A stretch of DNA of 63,094 nucleotides, counting the filler, from Choristocarpus tenellus KU-1152 (Eukaryota > Protista > Phaeophyceae): the NCBI GenBank assembly GCA_964200185.2. It is 7 parts of 7 records of this genome, joined end to end, with 100 filler letters (N's around TTAATTAATTAA, not from the genome) between each part and the next. Parts side by side here need not be neighbours in the genome. Positions count along the whole stretch, not along the records: positions 1 to 28,829 come from CAXNAD020000117.1; positions 28,930 to 32,488 come from CAXNAD020019272.1; positions 32,589 to 36,188 come from CAXNAD020019025.1; 4 more parts are not named here. One strand, written 5' to 3'. Under the pieces are notes generated by a model. It was given only the letters and a program-made list of their open reading frames with translations, made no database searches and had not been told where the DNA came from. Of the stretch, positions 24,101 to 35,689 are shown in pieces. The translations under genes and the position numbers were made by a program. Each line of letters starts with the position of its first letter. Within the stretch, counting starts at the first letter, position 1.

Positions 24101-26059
24101 CATATGGACTTTGGGTGATTGAAACCAGAGTTCCCTGAAATGCTGCAATCCCCAAACTCCTAGGGTCTAAATCTTATTTCCTGTCAGGTCGTGGTGATGG
24201 TGAGACTTGAATATGCGGTTTTTGGTCACCTCGTCAGGCACACTGACACGTTGCCCCCTTCATTACAAAATGAACAATTGCCTTTTGTGCTCTGGTGTTG
24301 TTTGTCCGTGGCACCCTTGGTATGTTCGTTGTTTATTCTGTAAGCAGGTGAGGGCAACCATGTTGTACTGTTCCATGCTATCAAAAAGTTCAAGTTCATT
24401 TGTTGTGCACTGTATGCACAAGGGCAATGGTCACTCGAAAAACCACAATGGTTTTATTGGCAATTTCTTAACAGAGTTTGTTTTTGTGAGTTGTGGATAC
24501 GAGGAAAAACACAGAGATCGGAAGGTAAGTAAATATTATTGTTGTTGAAGCCAATATCAATAGTTCGCTCCTACACCAATGACAGTCACGCATACCAATA
24601 AATACATATGTAGTACTACTACAATGTATCATTACACATTGTACCTTCCAATTTCTCATGAGTCCTTCATGTTCACAATCACAAAAATAGATAACCCCAT
24701 TAAGACGCCCACTAGAAATGGTTAAGATTTTTTGTGAAATAACGAGCAGTGATTGTAACACAACGGATGACAACTCATCCTGGAATCCCCTATATCTGTA
24801 GACTAAGAAATCAGAGGTGGGAAAAGCAGTGTAATATTATTATGACATTTACTACTAATGGCGTGAAGTAGTTCGACGTATACCACCATTGGTTTGTTTT
24901 GCAGTCAGTCATCCTGCAGCTCCAACTAAATTTAATCACTGATACCAACACCTCACAGCATGTAAGTTATCTCCTGTAAAGATTACTTGCTAGAACAGAT
25001 CCGTTGCTGAATATTTTACCAACCCCCCCTACTTCCTTGCCCGAGGGTACATCCCCAAAATGTTACCAACCAGGGGGCAGTGACTAACATGGAGATCTGT
25101 AAACAATATATTAGGAGGAACATCAACGGGTGGAGCCAATATCTTCTTACATATCTTCTGTTCATTGCTTTAGACTGCTCTAGAATGTTGTGGTCACCAG
25201 TATACCCATGCAATGTTGGTGCTGTGCCTTGGCACATAATAACAATCCTGATATTTGATGTCCCAATAATTTAGCCCACAGCAGGGCATCCATTCTAACA
25301 CCCTAAGGAGATACCATTGATGTTGAGTGCCACTGTGTGTAGGAGGGTATAGCCATATTGTTTATGTAGAGACCTTAGATAAACATTGATGTCTTAAAGG
25401 ACACATTGCTAGGGGCTTGCTCGCTGCCTACATTCTCGAACTCTCATCTTCCTCTGCCACAGTACAGTTATGGTGGCAAGTTAGAAAATAACTGTTGCAA
25501 GGAGCCTGAGCACAGCTTTCTCCAAAAATATACACACCTGTCAGAGAGGGGGCCTACTCTCTTTTCATGTGCTAATGAATGAAACACAAGGGATAATGTT
25601 TGATGGACAATCCTTCAACTAAGAACGTGTGCTTTATTACATACTCACTAGCAATTTGTCGCCATTCATCTGGCATCTGTTCTAAATATACCTTTGGCGC
25701 AACAATCCAGCCAATAATATACTTGTCCTAGAATCACAAATACTTCGAAATAGCGATTTTTAGTGTTGGATTACATCGCCATTGGGATGGGTGAATGTAT
25801 CCATTGTTGTCTCCTTTTCATCTTCAGTACATTTCACCTTCTAAAAGGGAATAAACAACAAAAGATTGCTTAACACAACGTTTGACTATAAATTTGTATT
25901 TCGTAGGATTCTCAGTAGTGACAATTGGGGTACATTTTGTCGGCGTTGTCCCTCAGATTCTCCAAGAAATCATTTCAGAGGGAAAAAATGAGCTTTTCAT
26001 GGGTACCCTTCCCTCTTGATGTAGGGGTCGCTTGTATTATATTTTCCTAATGACGTAGC

Positions 26060-26295
26060 AAAGAGCCAAAGTAAACGAGATGTACTCAGGTTTTGGTCGT
26101 TTTGCATTTAAAGCCAGTTTTTCAATCTTTCACAATTCACCCATATTTCTATGCATGACTTGCTGAGTTTCACTTGATACTGTTGATTTCTCTATTGTTT
26201 GAAACTCTTTTACAAAATTCAGAAAAGTTCCTGTAAGCATTTGTAAAAAAGTCTATTTTTGTACACATTGTCAGCATCCTTAAAATGCAACTCTG
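26060..26295 (+). repeat. Dispersed repeat family C (probable end of a non-autonomous DNA element)
   Basis: Aligns by eye with 43597-43815, from ACGAGA(T/G)GTAC..AGGTTT through CTCACCCATATTT to TGTCAGCATCCT.A.AA.GCAAC. An inverted ~50-bp piece lies at 199-245 and the end motif recurs at ~44231-44250. Confidence 0.7.
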
Positions 26296-26739
26296 GAGGT
26301 GGTGTTTTGACCTACAGGAGATAAGCAACCAAGACTGGATACCTCTCGCCTACTTTGACTCAAAATAGCACGTTCACGTCTATACCGCATGAGTTCATCC
26401 ACAGGTAACCCAACCAAGTGCGTGCACATCTCAACGATTATGTAGCCCCAATTGATGGGCACAGACGTATTACTATATTGGTTGCCACCAATGGCTTATG
26501 CACCTGGGGTTGTCCCGTCATAACTTTTGATGTAGACATCGAACTAAAAAAATAAAAGCATATTCTTGATGCCCGTCACAATGCCCTCCAGAGTATGGGC
26601 TTCGTTTTTTCGCCTTTTTTCTTTTTTTGAAGAAAGAGCGCTCATTTTGGGGTTCGAAACCTGGATTGTAGGTCACCTAGAGTGTCAACAGATACACTAT
26701 TACATGATTAAAGTGTAGCGTTTAGAGAGAGAAAAAGTC

Positions 26740-27090
26740 ACCCTTTCTCCCTGTGTGTTCGCACACCCACTCTTTGACCTCGGCAAGGATGTCCTCGTCG
26801 AGGCCCAGAACGAAACGCCTCTCATTGCGCCCTTGCTCTGACACTTGATGTAGCCCTTAGTTAGGAAGTCTCTCTCCCATTTTCTCACAGTTTTCGCTGT
26901 GACCATCGCATATCCTGCGACCATCTCGAGCGCCGTTTGACGGTCTTTCCCGTCGTTCATACACAGGTACAGAATTCGCAGTGTTAGAGCCTTTACTATC
27001 ACATTTCCTCGATGAACACCGGAAATAGGTTACCTTCTTTCGAGCTTCAGAGCCCTTGTAGCCCAGCCCTAACACCTTATTTCTCACTTC
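26740..27090 (-). pseudogene. Frameshifted N-terminal (HTH) fragment of a probable DDE transposase
   Basis: DRQTALEMVAGYAMVTAKTVRKWERDF is an HTH-like segment. After a 1-nt frameshift it continues SEQGRNERRFVLGLDEDILAEVKEWVCEHTGRKG, resembling N-termini of Tc1/IS630-related eukaryotic transposases. No catalytic domain is visible. Confidence 0.45.
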
Positions 27091-28829
27091 CTAAGCCACT
27101 CTTGTTCACATAGCTTCCAAACAGCTGGGGCTGCTGCAACTGTCGACTACTAAGATATTCTACACCTGGGTTTTCGCTTAGGCGTTTCTTGAGCGCAATG
27201 GCACGTAGTCGCACTGCCCTCCTCCCCAACCTTCCCTTTGGCCGGTCACACTGGTTCTCACTTTGCCCACCGTGACCAGGATTCCCCACAGACTCGTCAC
27301 TGTACCACCTGGTGATGCACTCGCCGCTCTCCTCCTGCTTTCCCGAGGCGGCAAAGACTGCAGAGCAGTGCTCTGTATCGGTTGAAGATCCAACCACGTT
27401 TGTGTGGTAATGCTTTTAATGCATCTTCTCTCAGCGTCAATAACGCGGCCGCGTGGTCCATTTCGCGATTTGATCATGCTGCTGCCCCACATTACACATA
27501 TTTTCTTGTCACCTAACATCGCACTGAGTCTCACACGGCACTTGTTTTTCTGTCACCTCTCGACAGAGAAAGTGCCGAGGGTAGATCCAAGGGGCAGAGT
27601 GGCCCCGGCGGCTCTCCTTTTCTCGCCGTCGTGGTCCATTTTGCTGTCTGGGTCACTTGTGTGTGCTCACAGAAAGACTGTAAAAGGCGGTAAAAATATG
27701 TCCGAGAATCTTGTTTTTTTTGTTGGTAGGGCCATACGCACCGTATTTTAGGGAGGGCCTATATCAGACCAGTTTTTTGCGGGGAATTCAACCAACCACC
27801 ACTTAATACATTCTTGGATACAAATATTCAACCCCTCCTGACATAAGCGTTCATTTGATATATATATATATATATTCTTGTATACCTCTCCTGCCCCGAC
27901 AGTAAAAAAAAAAAGATTGCCACAGACCGCGAAGCTGTTGGTACCACTTTATACTATTTCTGTTTGAATTTACAATCATGTGGTACTCACTGTCCAAAAA
28001 GATAATCTCGCAGGGTAGAAAGGTTCCCTCCTCGGCCCAGTTTGACTGCAAGATAGTGGAACGCATTCCTTCTCCCTTCCATCCTATCCATATCTCTAGA
28101 GTGGGGACGTTGTCGCAGATCTGTAATTTCCATTATTTCGTCTCCTTTCCATCTCGAAGTATGTATACTATCGAGTTAAATACACCAACACAATTAAACT
28201 TCTAATACCAATCCCCTTTCGTTTATTTGCAGATTAGTTGTTTGCCTTCACCAATATTTTCCAGAGAGGAAATTAGCATAGATTCTCCCTTCTCCAACAA
28301 ATATCTCCAAGACTTCTGTCCAATCACCCAACTTGTCATTGCTATTGCCAACCATTAAAGTACATAAATTGAAAAGGTCATCCATCATTCTGTACTCTTT
28401 TTTTGTCGACTTAAAAAAAAAAACTCCCGTAACCACACATGACTTCTAGATCGTAATATCCTATTGCTGTGCCCCACACATCTGAAGATCCGTACCTCTT
28501 TGATGGTCTCTCGATATTTAGATAACTTTGAGCTGCTACAAAGGACCCTTTAACAACCTCTCACCAAAATTGAGGATGGAGCATACTATGGAGGACGGGT
28601 TTGACCCAAAATGGTGCGCGGAAAGTGTCCATGTGTTTTTTTTTGTAAATGTTGCGGCACTTTTTAAGAGCCCCTTTTTGAATGGGATATATTCTTGTTC
28701 AGAAATATTTTGGTGTTTGTGGAGGGCACCACTACGATTTGGAAGCGACCTCAACCAAGCGAAAGGTATAAGGACAGATGGGCCCCCAGGGGGGAAGCCG
28801 GTAACGGTTTTAGTATGCTTGTATGTATG

Positions 28830-28929
28830 NNNNNNNNNNNNNNNNNNNNNNNNNNNNNNNNNNNNNNNNNNNNTTAATTAATTAANNNNNNNNNNNNNNN
28901 NNNNNNNNNNNNNNNNNNNNNNNNNNNNN
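28830..28929. other. Artificial contig linker (N-TTAATTAATTAA-N)
   Basis: 100-nt N spacer containing a six-frame stop linker. The same linker occurs at 32489-32588, 36189-36288, 41816-41915, 47591-47690 and 53094-53193. Confidence 0.98.
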
Positions 28930-29183
28930 ATAAACACACTACGCAAAGCAATACGGACCCAAAGAATCTGGGGGGGGTGGGGAAAGTTTGAAAGTTGGAA
29001 GAGACGGGGAAAGTGCCTTCCTGTGGCCTAGTTGTGATGGTGCTGTGATGGCACATGGATGTTCTAATAGGTTTAAAGGGTTGGTATGTGTTTTCAGGTG
29101 TTTTCCATTTTTGTTTCCTCGCCTGTGACCTTACTCTTCCTTTTCTTCCTGAAACTGTTATCATTATTTCATGCAATGCACAG

Positions 29184-32100
29184 TGCTGATGCTCAACAGG
29201 CCAGTGCTGCAGCTCACGCAGCAGCGGTGATGTTTGCTGAGCAGCATGCAGCAAACGGAAGAGGTCAATTCGGCAGGGAGGAGCGCATGTGTAGCCTTTC
29301 TAGTGTATCAGCGGTGCTGTCTCAAAGGTCCTCGGATGATGGCTCTCCTCCCCCAAGTGTGGAGGTATGTCCTTACTTTCCTTTTTCTGCCTTCCACTCC
29401 TCCCCACCACTCTCGGGGATGACTTGTGGGGTGTTGTGAGTTTCTTGTGTAAGAGAAGTGTCCACCGCCTCCTGGGGTACTGCTGACTCTCATCCTTTGT
29501 TGTGTGTGAACACTGCTTTTGTTGTGCAGGAAGGACATCAGGAGGTGAAGTATGGCGTCTTTGACAATTTTTCCCCTCTTACGTCAGCGAATACAACCCC
29601 GGCGACTACACCAGGATGCACCCCTCCGTCGGGTGCAGAAGCCTACCAGTATATGCTTGGGAGTCACTCAGGCAGCAGTCAGCATGGCCAAGGAAGGGAA
29701 TTGTCTCCTGAGCCGGTGAGTAGTAGGTCCCATTTGCATGGGGTTATTCTGTTGCTGTGCCCATTTTTCTGTGCGTGGGGAGAGTGATTTTTTCCATTTA
29801 CTGGGGTACTGTTCTCTCATTTTTTTTTTACCATGTACTATGTACTAGGTAGGGTGAAAATATGCCTTTCCCCACTCGAAAATGACGGCAGTTGTGAAGT
29901 CTTGAAGATGATTTTGATGTGCCCTCTTGTTCCTCTGCCAGGTGCATTCCCCCAGACAGCACCCTCTTCATCATGTCTCGGGGGTCTTCACGCATCACCA
30001 CACGACCTCCGCGCACATGCACCTACGGGCAGGTGGAGCTATTCTCCAGCACCGTCAGAGTTCAGATTCCTCTTCAGTGTCGCAACCGTTTCATGGTGGA
30101 TGGGTAAGTCCCCCCTCCCCCCTAGGAAAAATTTGGATGGGCCTATCCCCCAAACTGTAAATACAGAAAATGCTCCTATTTTGTCGTGGAGAGGAACAGA
30201 CTTGTGAGCACCCTTTACTTACTTTTATCACTACTTATCTGAAAGTTGAGGAGTGCTTGATTTGACTGATAGGCACGGGCGTAGCTGCATGTTTTGTCAC
30301 AAGGCTTGAGGCTTGACCATCCCTTCCCACCCTTCATTCGATGCAGAGTCTTCAGGGGTCGGGTAGTGGCAACTCGAATACCGAGAGGGAAGGGCCAGGC
30401 AGCACTGTCATGCATGGGTCGTCTCCTGGGCCACCAGGAGCGCGACAAATGTACCCTTCTCATCGCAGTCACGAGCACATCCAGCAGACTCACAATGGCA
30501 TGCAAGTGCACCACCATGTGCACGTCTCCCCACCCCTTCACGCGCAAACCCCTAAACCATTGCAGCATTCAGCACACTCTTCGAATGGAGCATCCATGTT
30601 GGGTTCGCTGGGACAGTCTGCCGTGTCGGATGGGGGTACTGGGTCCATGTATGGTTCATCTCCTGGTGGTTACTACGTTAAGCTCTCTTCTGGGAACTAC
30701 CACAACAGCAACAGCAACAGGTCCTGTGACGGAAGTGGTGCTGTTGGTGGAGGTAGTGGCAGCTTCAGGGGAGGCATGGGGGACAGAGACATGAGGAGCG
30801 AACAGAGCCCTTCCACTCCAGTGTTCCTTTCGTCGTCATCGGGTGCAAGTCTCTGTAGCTCGTCGCTCTGTGGGCTAGACTGTAGTGGTGCTGGGCGTGT
30901 TGGGCCTGGAGGTGCTGGAGAGTTGGGGTATGCTGACAGGGGTCGGTGCAGCAGCGCTGCGGAGGAGGGAGTCATGCATCTAAGGGTTATGGGTCAACGC
31001 GTACATTCGCGGGATGGGGGGAGCCTTACCTCCCCTGGGAGCCGGGGAGGTGGGAATGGTGGAGATGAGTTCTCCTTGGACCTTAAGAAGGTTTGTGTTC
31101 TGACGTAGATGGAATATATTGGAGGAATGGTGAAGAGGGTGGTGGGCAGGTAGATTCTGAGGAAGAGGTGGTGCTCTGTATTGCATTCACCGTGTTTGGG
31201 ATACTGAACGAGAGAAATGGGGTGCTGGGCTTTTGTGGGGACAAGTCCCAACTTCTGTGCCCGACCTGCTTTGCATGTGGTGGACCAATATTCTGTTTTC
31301 TATGGTGTACGGGGGGTATCTATTGTGAGGAGATCTAAAATGTGCCCAATTGCTGTAAAGATCTGGTTTTTCACCTCTGCTCTCATCTTACGTCCTTGGT
31401 CGATCTCCTCAAATGAATGACTCATCTGTCTTTGTCTTTATTTTCAACCTTGACCGACTCTTCTTGAATTGTGCAGGTGGCCAAGGGCCTGGACAAGCGC
31501 ACGACCATCATGATCCGCAACATTCCCAACAAATATACACAGGCCATGCTCCTCGCAGAGATTGACGCCAACTACCGAGAGTCCTACGACTTCTTTTACC
31601 TTCCTATTGATTTCAAGAATAAGTGCAATGTGGGCTATGCGTTCATCAACTTCATGGACTACAGGCGAATTGTGCCCTTTTCCAGAGAGTTTAATGCCCA
31701 GAGGTGGAAGAACTTCAACTCAGAGAAGGTGTGTCGACTGTTATTTGTGTGGGGAGGGGGGGGAGGGGGGGACCATGAGCGAGGTTGGATTTTGTGTTGG
31801 CAAGAGGTGTAGATAGATACAAGAGAGATGAGATGGTTGTTGGTCTGTACATTTTAATTGAGGAGTTGTGAAATGATGCTGTTGCAAAGGAGATGATACA
31901 CGTGGAGGTCTCTCTTGCTGTTTCGAAATCGTACGTGCGAATTTCATGTTGAAGAATTCCGTGTTGAAGAATTCCGTGTTGAAGAATGTGTTTAGGACCC
32001 CAACAAAGGTTTCAATCGCCGCATATGGCACATGTGTATGAGCGTGTTGGAGACATCCTGTCAACTCCATATTGCACTAGTGTATGCAGTTTAACCCTTC

Positions 32101-32373
32101 TTACCCAAACGCTCATAATGGAATGGATGTGTTCAGGTGTGCGCTATCTCATATGCGAGGATCCAGGGAAAGGCGTCCATGATATCACGGTTCCAAAACT
32201 CGAGCTTGATGGAAAAGGATGGCGAGTATCGGCCTCTCATTTTTTATTCAAATGGTCTTGAGCGGGGTCGCCCGGAGCCCTTCCCTGCAGGCAGTAAGCC
32301 AAAGAGTGGGGGGGGAGTTATGAAGGAGCGTGATGGTCGCTTGTGCAGCAATGCATCTACGATGACAGTGTAG
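29184..32373 (+). CDS. Mei2-like RNA-binding protein (C-terminal RRM_2/RRM3 domain), 5'-partial
   Basis: Exons 29184-29364, 29530-29715, 29942-30103, 30347-31090, 31477-31728 and 32137-32373. Diagnostic Mei2 RRM3 sequence DKRTTIMIRNIPNKYTQAMLLAEID...YDFFYLPIDFKNKCNVGYAFINF...WKNFNSEK|VCAISYARIQGK...FQNSSLM...YRPLIF. The upstream exons are low-complexity S/G/H-rich and less certain. Confidence 0.93.
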
Positions 32374-32733
32374 TGAATGGAGGATTGGGAGGGCAGGGGG
32401 GAGGGGAGGGGAGGGGGGGGGGGGGGGGGGGGGGGAGTGGGGGTGGGGGGGGGGGGGGGGGGGGGGGGCCACGCCCGCTTCTCCTCTCNNNNNNNNNNNN
32501 NNNNNNNNNNNNNNNNNNNNNNNNNNNNNNNNTTAATTAATTAANNNNNNNNNNNNNNNNNNNNNNNNNNNNNNNNNNNNNNNNNNNNGTGATATACAAG
32601 GGTGAGGTATGTCCCCTCTGACTGGAGCAGGTTTGTTCACCACTCCCCAACCATGCACTTTCAACCAGCGGCAAAAAAAATAGCAATACTATGAGGTAAC
32701 AGAGTAATGATTCGCCTGTCTGTACTACATTTT

Positions 32734-32918
32734 GACCAAAAGTATCTTGGGGGTGTGTGTGTGTGTCTACACCAGGGTGTCCATTTGGGCCATAACCAGG
32801 AAAGGTGCACTTACATTTTATCCATCCGACGTATGCAACCAAATCACCTACAAATCGCAACTTCAAAAAATTGGCCCCAAATGGGCAGCCAACATCCCCC
32901 CCCCAAATACTTTGAGCC
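32734..32918 (+). mobile_element. MITE, subfamily B (185 bp), flanked by a TTT target-site duplication
   Basis: Termini GACCAAAAGTATCTTGGGGG ... CCCCCCCAAATACTTTGAGCC, with TTT on both sides. Its left part matches the reverse complement of 36289-36358. Further ends at ~36156, ~53245-53260 and ~63006. Confidence 0.7.
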
Positions 32919-33325
32919 TTTGTATTGTTGTAGCAAAAAGGGTTTAGATTTTCAGATAATTTCTCCTCAGGCAACACAAAGGGAGGGGTAGAGTTATATC
33001 GTTCAGCAATTTTGTGGCACTCCTTGCGAACATAGAGATAGAAATTATAATGAAAATATTAACATTAGAGCTCGATCTAGGCAGAGTGATGCAATACTGT
33101 AGTATACAACATTCAAAGTGGTACTTGTAATAGGTACAACGAAGTTTGGTCAATTTTCAATTCAGTATATTCTCCTCATTAGCTCTCTTCAAAGCAGTCA
33201 ATAGGTTGAGAGAGGATTGAACACCATGGAAGAGTGCATTCTTCAGCAACACGATGCCTCGTCACCAATGACAAATATGAGTGGTTTGCCATGCTATCTT
33301 ACATCCATCCTTCCCTCGTCCTTAC

Positions 33326-35689
33326 CTGCCTCAGGAGATAGTCCCATACCAGGACCGGAGTTGAGACCACCCAGAGCAAGCAAGACAGGACCAAAGCGAC
33401 CAGGCCCATAGAGAGACTGAAGAGGAGAGTTCCCATTGTCATATTTATTATGTGCCAGGTGTTGCTCTCTGATAAAGGGCTTTGAGAATTTCGCACGGAC
33501 ACATGGGTGCTAGAGTCAGCAATCTGATATGCGAGTGGTGTTATTCATGCTAGGCTATAACACAACACTGTTTTGGCATATGATTGAGTTGGGTTTGAAA
33601 CTTGTTATCAAATTACTCTTTTGTACCCTACAAGCGATTGAAACTAATCTAACCCTACTCTTTAAATTTAGATCATTACCCTGAAGGTAAACCCCAACCA
33701 CCTCTGAGACAACTTGTAGGCATCATACAACATGCAAAAAGAGTAAGAACAAGATACGAGTCAAACAGAGGAGACCACAAGATCCATGCAATCCATTCTT
33801 GACCCCTCAACCACCTCAAAGCTCGTGTTGGCCTGGCAAAAGCAGGCAACTAACGACACTGCAGTGTGTCTGAGCTTGAAACGTACACTCTACGCAGATA
33901 TTCAAATTATAGTTTCCTGCTTTGTTGCAAAATACCAAAATTGATCAAATCTTTGAGCAGGCTTCCATTTCAGTTGTCGCTAGATTTTGCCGCACATATT
34001 AATTTCCTCCATCAGGACTTTTGTTCGGTACCTGCCAATACTATGCACACTGTCTCCTACAGAATTTTTGTGAGGGTTATTAACACGTTCTCTCCTCGAC
34101 ACCAACACTCTTAACGTGTCGTCTATCAAACGCATGCATGTGGCCATCAGAAGACTCCGTTACTTCATCAACTTTCCTGGTTCTAAAAAATAACACCAGC
34201 AGCAAAATGAAGTGCAGTCAACAAATCAGCAAAAATGTCAAACCTACCTGCTGCTGTGTTGGAGCATGGCCGGGGTGTCAATTACAAAACCCACTGCAGA
34301 AGGTATCAGGTTGAGAGGAGGAGGGAGTATCCCTTTCTTGACCGATTTCCCTGCTTCTGTCATTATCCTGGTCCGGGCGTGGAGGAACTCCTTCTCCACA
34401 TTGCTGTAAATATTGGAATGAGCTGTGCTGAGCACCGCAATAAGCAGATTAAGCAACAAAATTGCCATGATGATAAGAAAGATCACCAGGAGGATTTTTC
34501 CCACACTGCTCAGGGGAGGCTTTTCACAGTCCTCGTACTCATCAAAAATTGAGAAGTTAAAGTTCCCAAGCATAACCTGGAACATCGTTGCCAGTGATGT
34601 AAAGAAGTCTCCGAAGTCATCTTGAAGTGGGTGGTAAAATGATGGGCTGGTGGTGCTCACATTTGCAGGGCAATTGTAGTCTATGAAGAGCACAGAATAA
34701 CTGGGGTTGAAGAGGGCCCAGAAGGTGATGGCAAAGCCCACCAATACTACGGAGAGCAACACTGCAAACTGTAAAAGTTCTCCAATCATAGCAAAAATGA
34801 CCTGCGCAGAAGTTGGACAGTTGACAAGACAGAGTGGCCAGTAAGTCGAGTTTATAGGCATGGAATGGTATTGAAACGGACATGGGATATTTATGCTCAT
34901 TCTCGACAGCCAAGCTTGAATATTGAACGGACTTGGACGCATATCTGTACATGACAGGATGAGTGTCACACCCAAACACTCAAGATATGCCTGCCTCCTG
35001 AGAGTTAATGCCCCTATGCACGCCTCACCGGGACCATGGGGCCCAAGGTGCTGTTGACCTGGATGAGGAAAAGGATGCGTGAGAACAATAGAGGGGCGCT
35101 GACGGCAAGAAAAACCTGCGCAGGAACCAGGGCACTGGAGTTGTTTGGGTCGGAACTCTCCTTTGCAACGATGCGAAGCACGAACCCAACTATGATGAAG
35201 ACCACCAGCATCAAGTCCAGGAAGTTCCACCTGTCACCGAAATATCTTATACACCGCACAGTGTTATGTATATAAGTTGGACTAGTTCTTCTTCACAGGG
35301 TAGCTAGCAGGGGTTTCACAGCATTGTGTCTCGAGGTTAGCGTGGCACCACAGAGCGAGCTGTCCGGTAAATAGCAAATTCTTCATTGATCAGGATAGTT
35401 GAACAATTCTAAATTAATCATGATAGTGTTGATAGGCAGTAACTGCAATACTACGAAATTCAAAACCACACTGTCCACCTGCGTCTGACAAGAAGGCAAG
35501 GTAACAGAGAGTTCCTTGCTTGTCTTGAGTCTAGTAGGAGCTTGAACAGTATTTTGACTCCATGCTGATACAATACATACTACAACCAAACACCAATACG
35601 TTGTGCTCAGACCTTAAGATAGCCTTGGCTGCACGTCCTTCGATATGGATTGCTTGCTGAAACTCTGATGCCTCCCGAATCATGATGCC
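33326..35689 (-). CDS. TRP-family (Ion_trans) cation channel, partial: S2-S6, pore and TRP domain
   Basis: Exons 35689-35613, 35245-35029 and 34801-34248, plus less certain downstream exons (~34176 onward and ~33440-33326). Motifs YFGDRWNFLD, FSRILFLIQVNSTLGPMV, pore helix FFTSLATMFQVMLGNF, S6 LLLNLLIAVLSTAH, TRP-box-like EFLHAR and LPPPLNLIP. Confidence 0.88.

Noticed and set aside
21400-25900. Numerous 60-120-aa ORFs as genes
   Set aside because: They have no recognisable domains or consistent splice structure, and are consistent with random ORFs in decayed TE and intergenic DNA.
26645-26700. tRNA gene
   Set aside because: A B-box-like GGTTTCGAACCCC is present on the minus strand, but I could not build a cloverleaf. 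At most it is a SINE relic.
28874-28885. Recurrent TTAATTAATTAA palindrome as a biological motif
   Set aside because: It is always centred in a 100-nt N spacer, so it is an artificial six-frame-stop linker. Genes on different contigs cannot be treated as a cluster.
34244-35230. Single 328-aa ORF as a complete protein
   Set aside because: Its first ~143 residues are an off-frame exon plus intron read-through. Only the part from 34801 is a true TRP exon.
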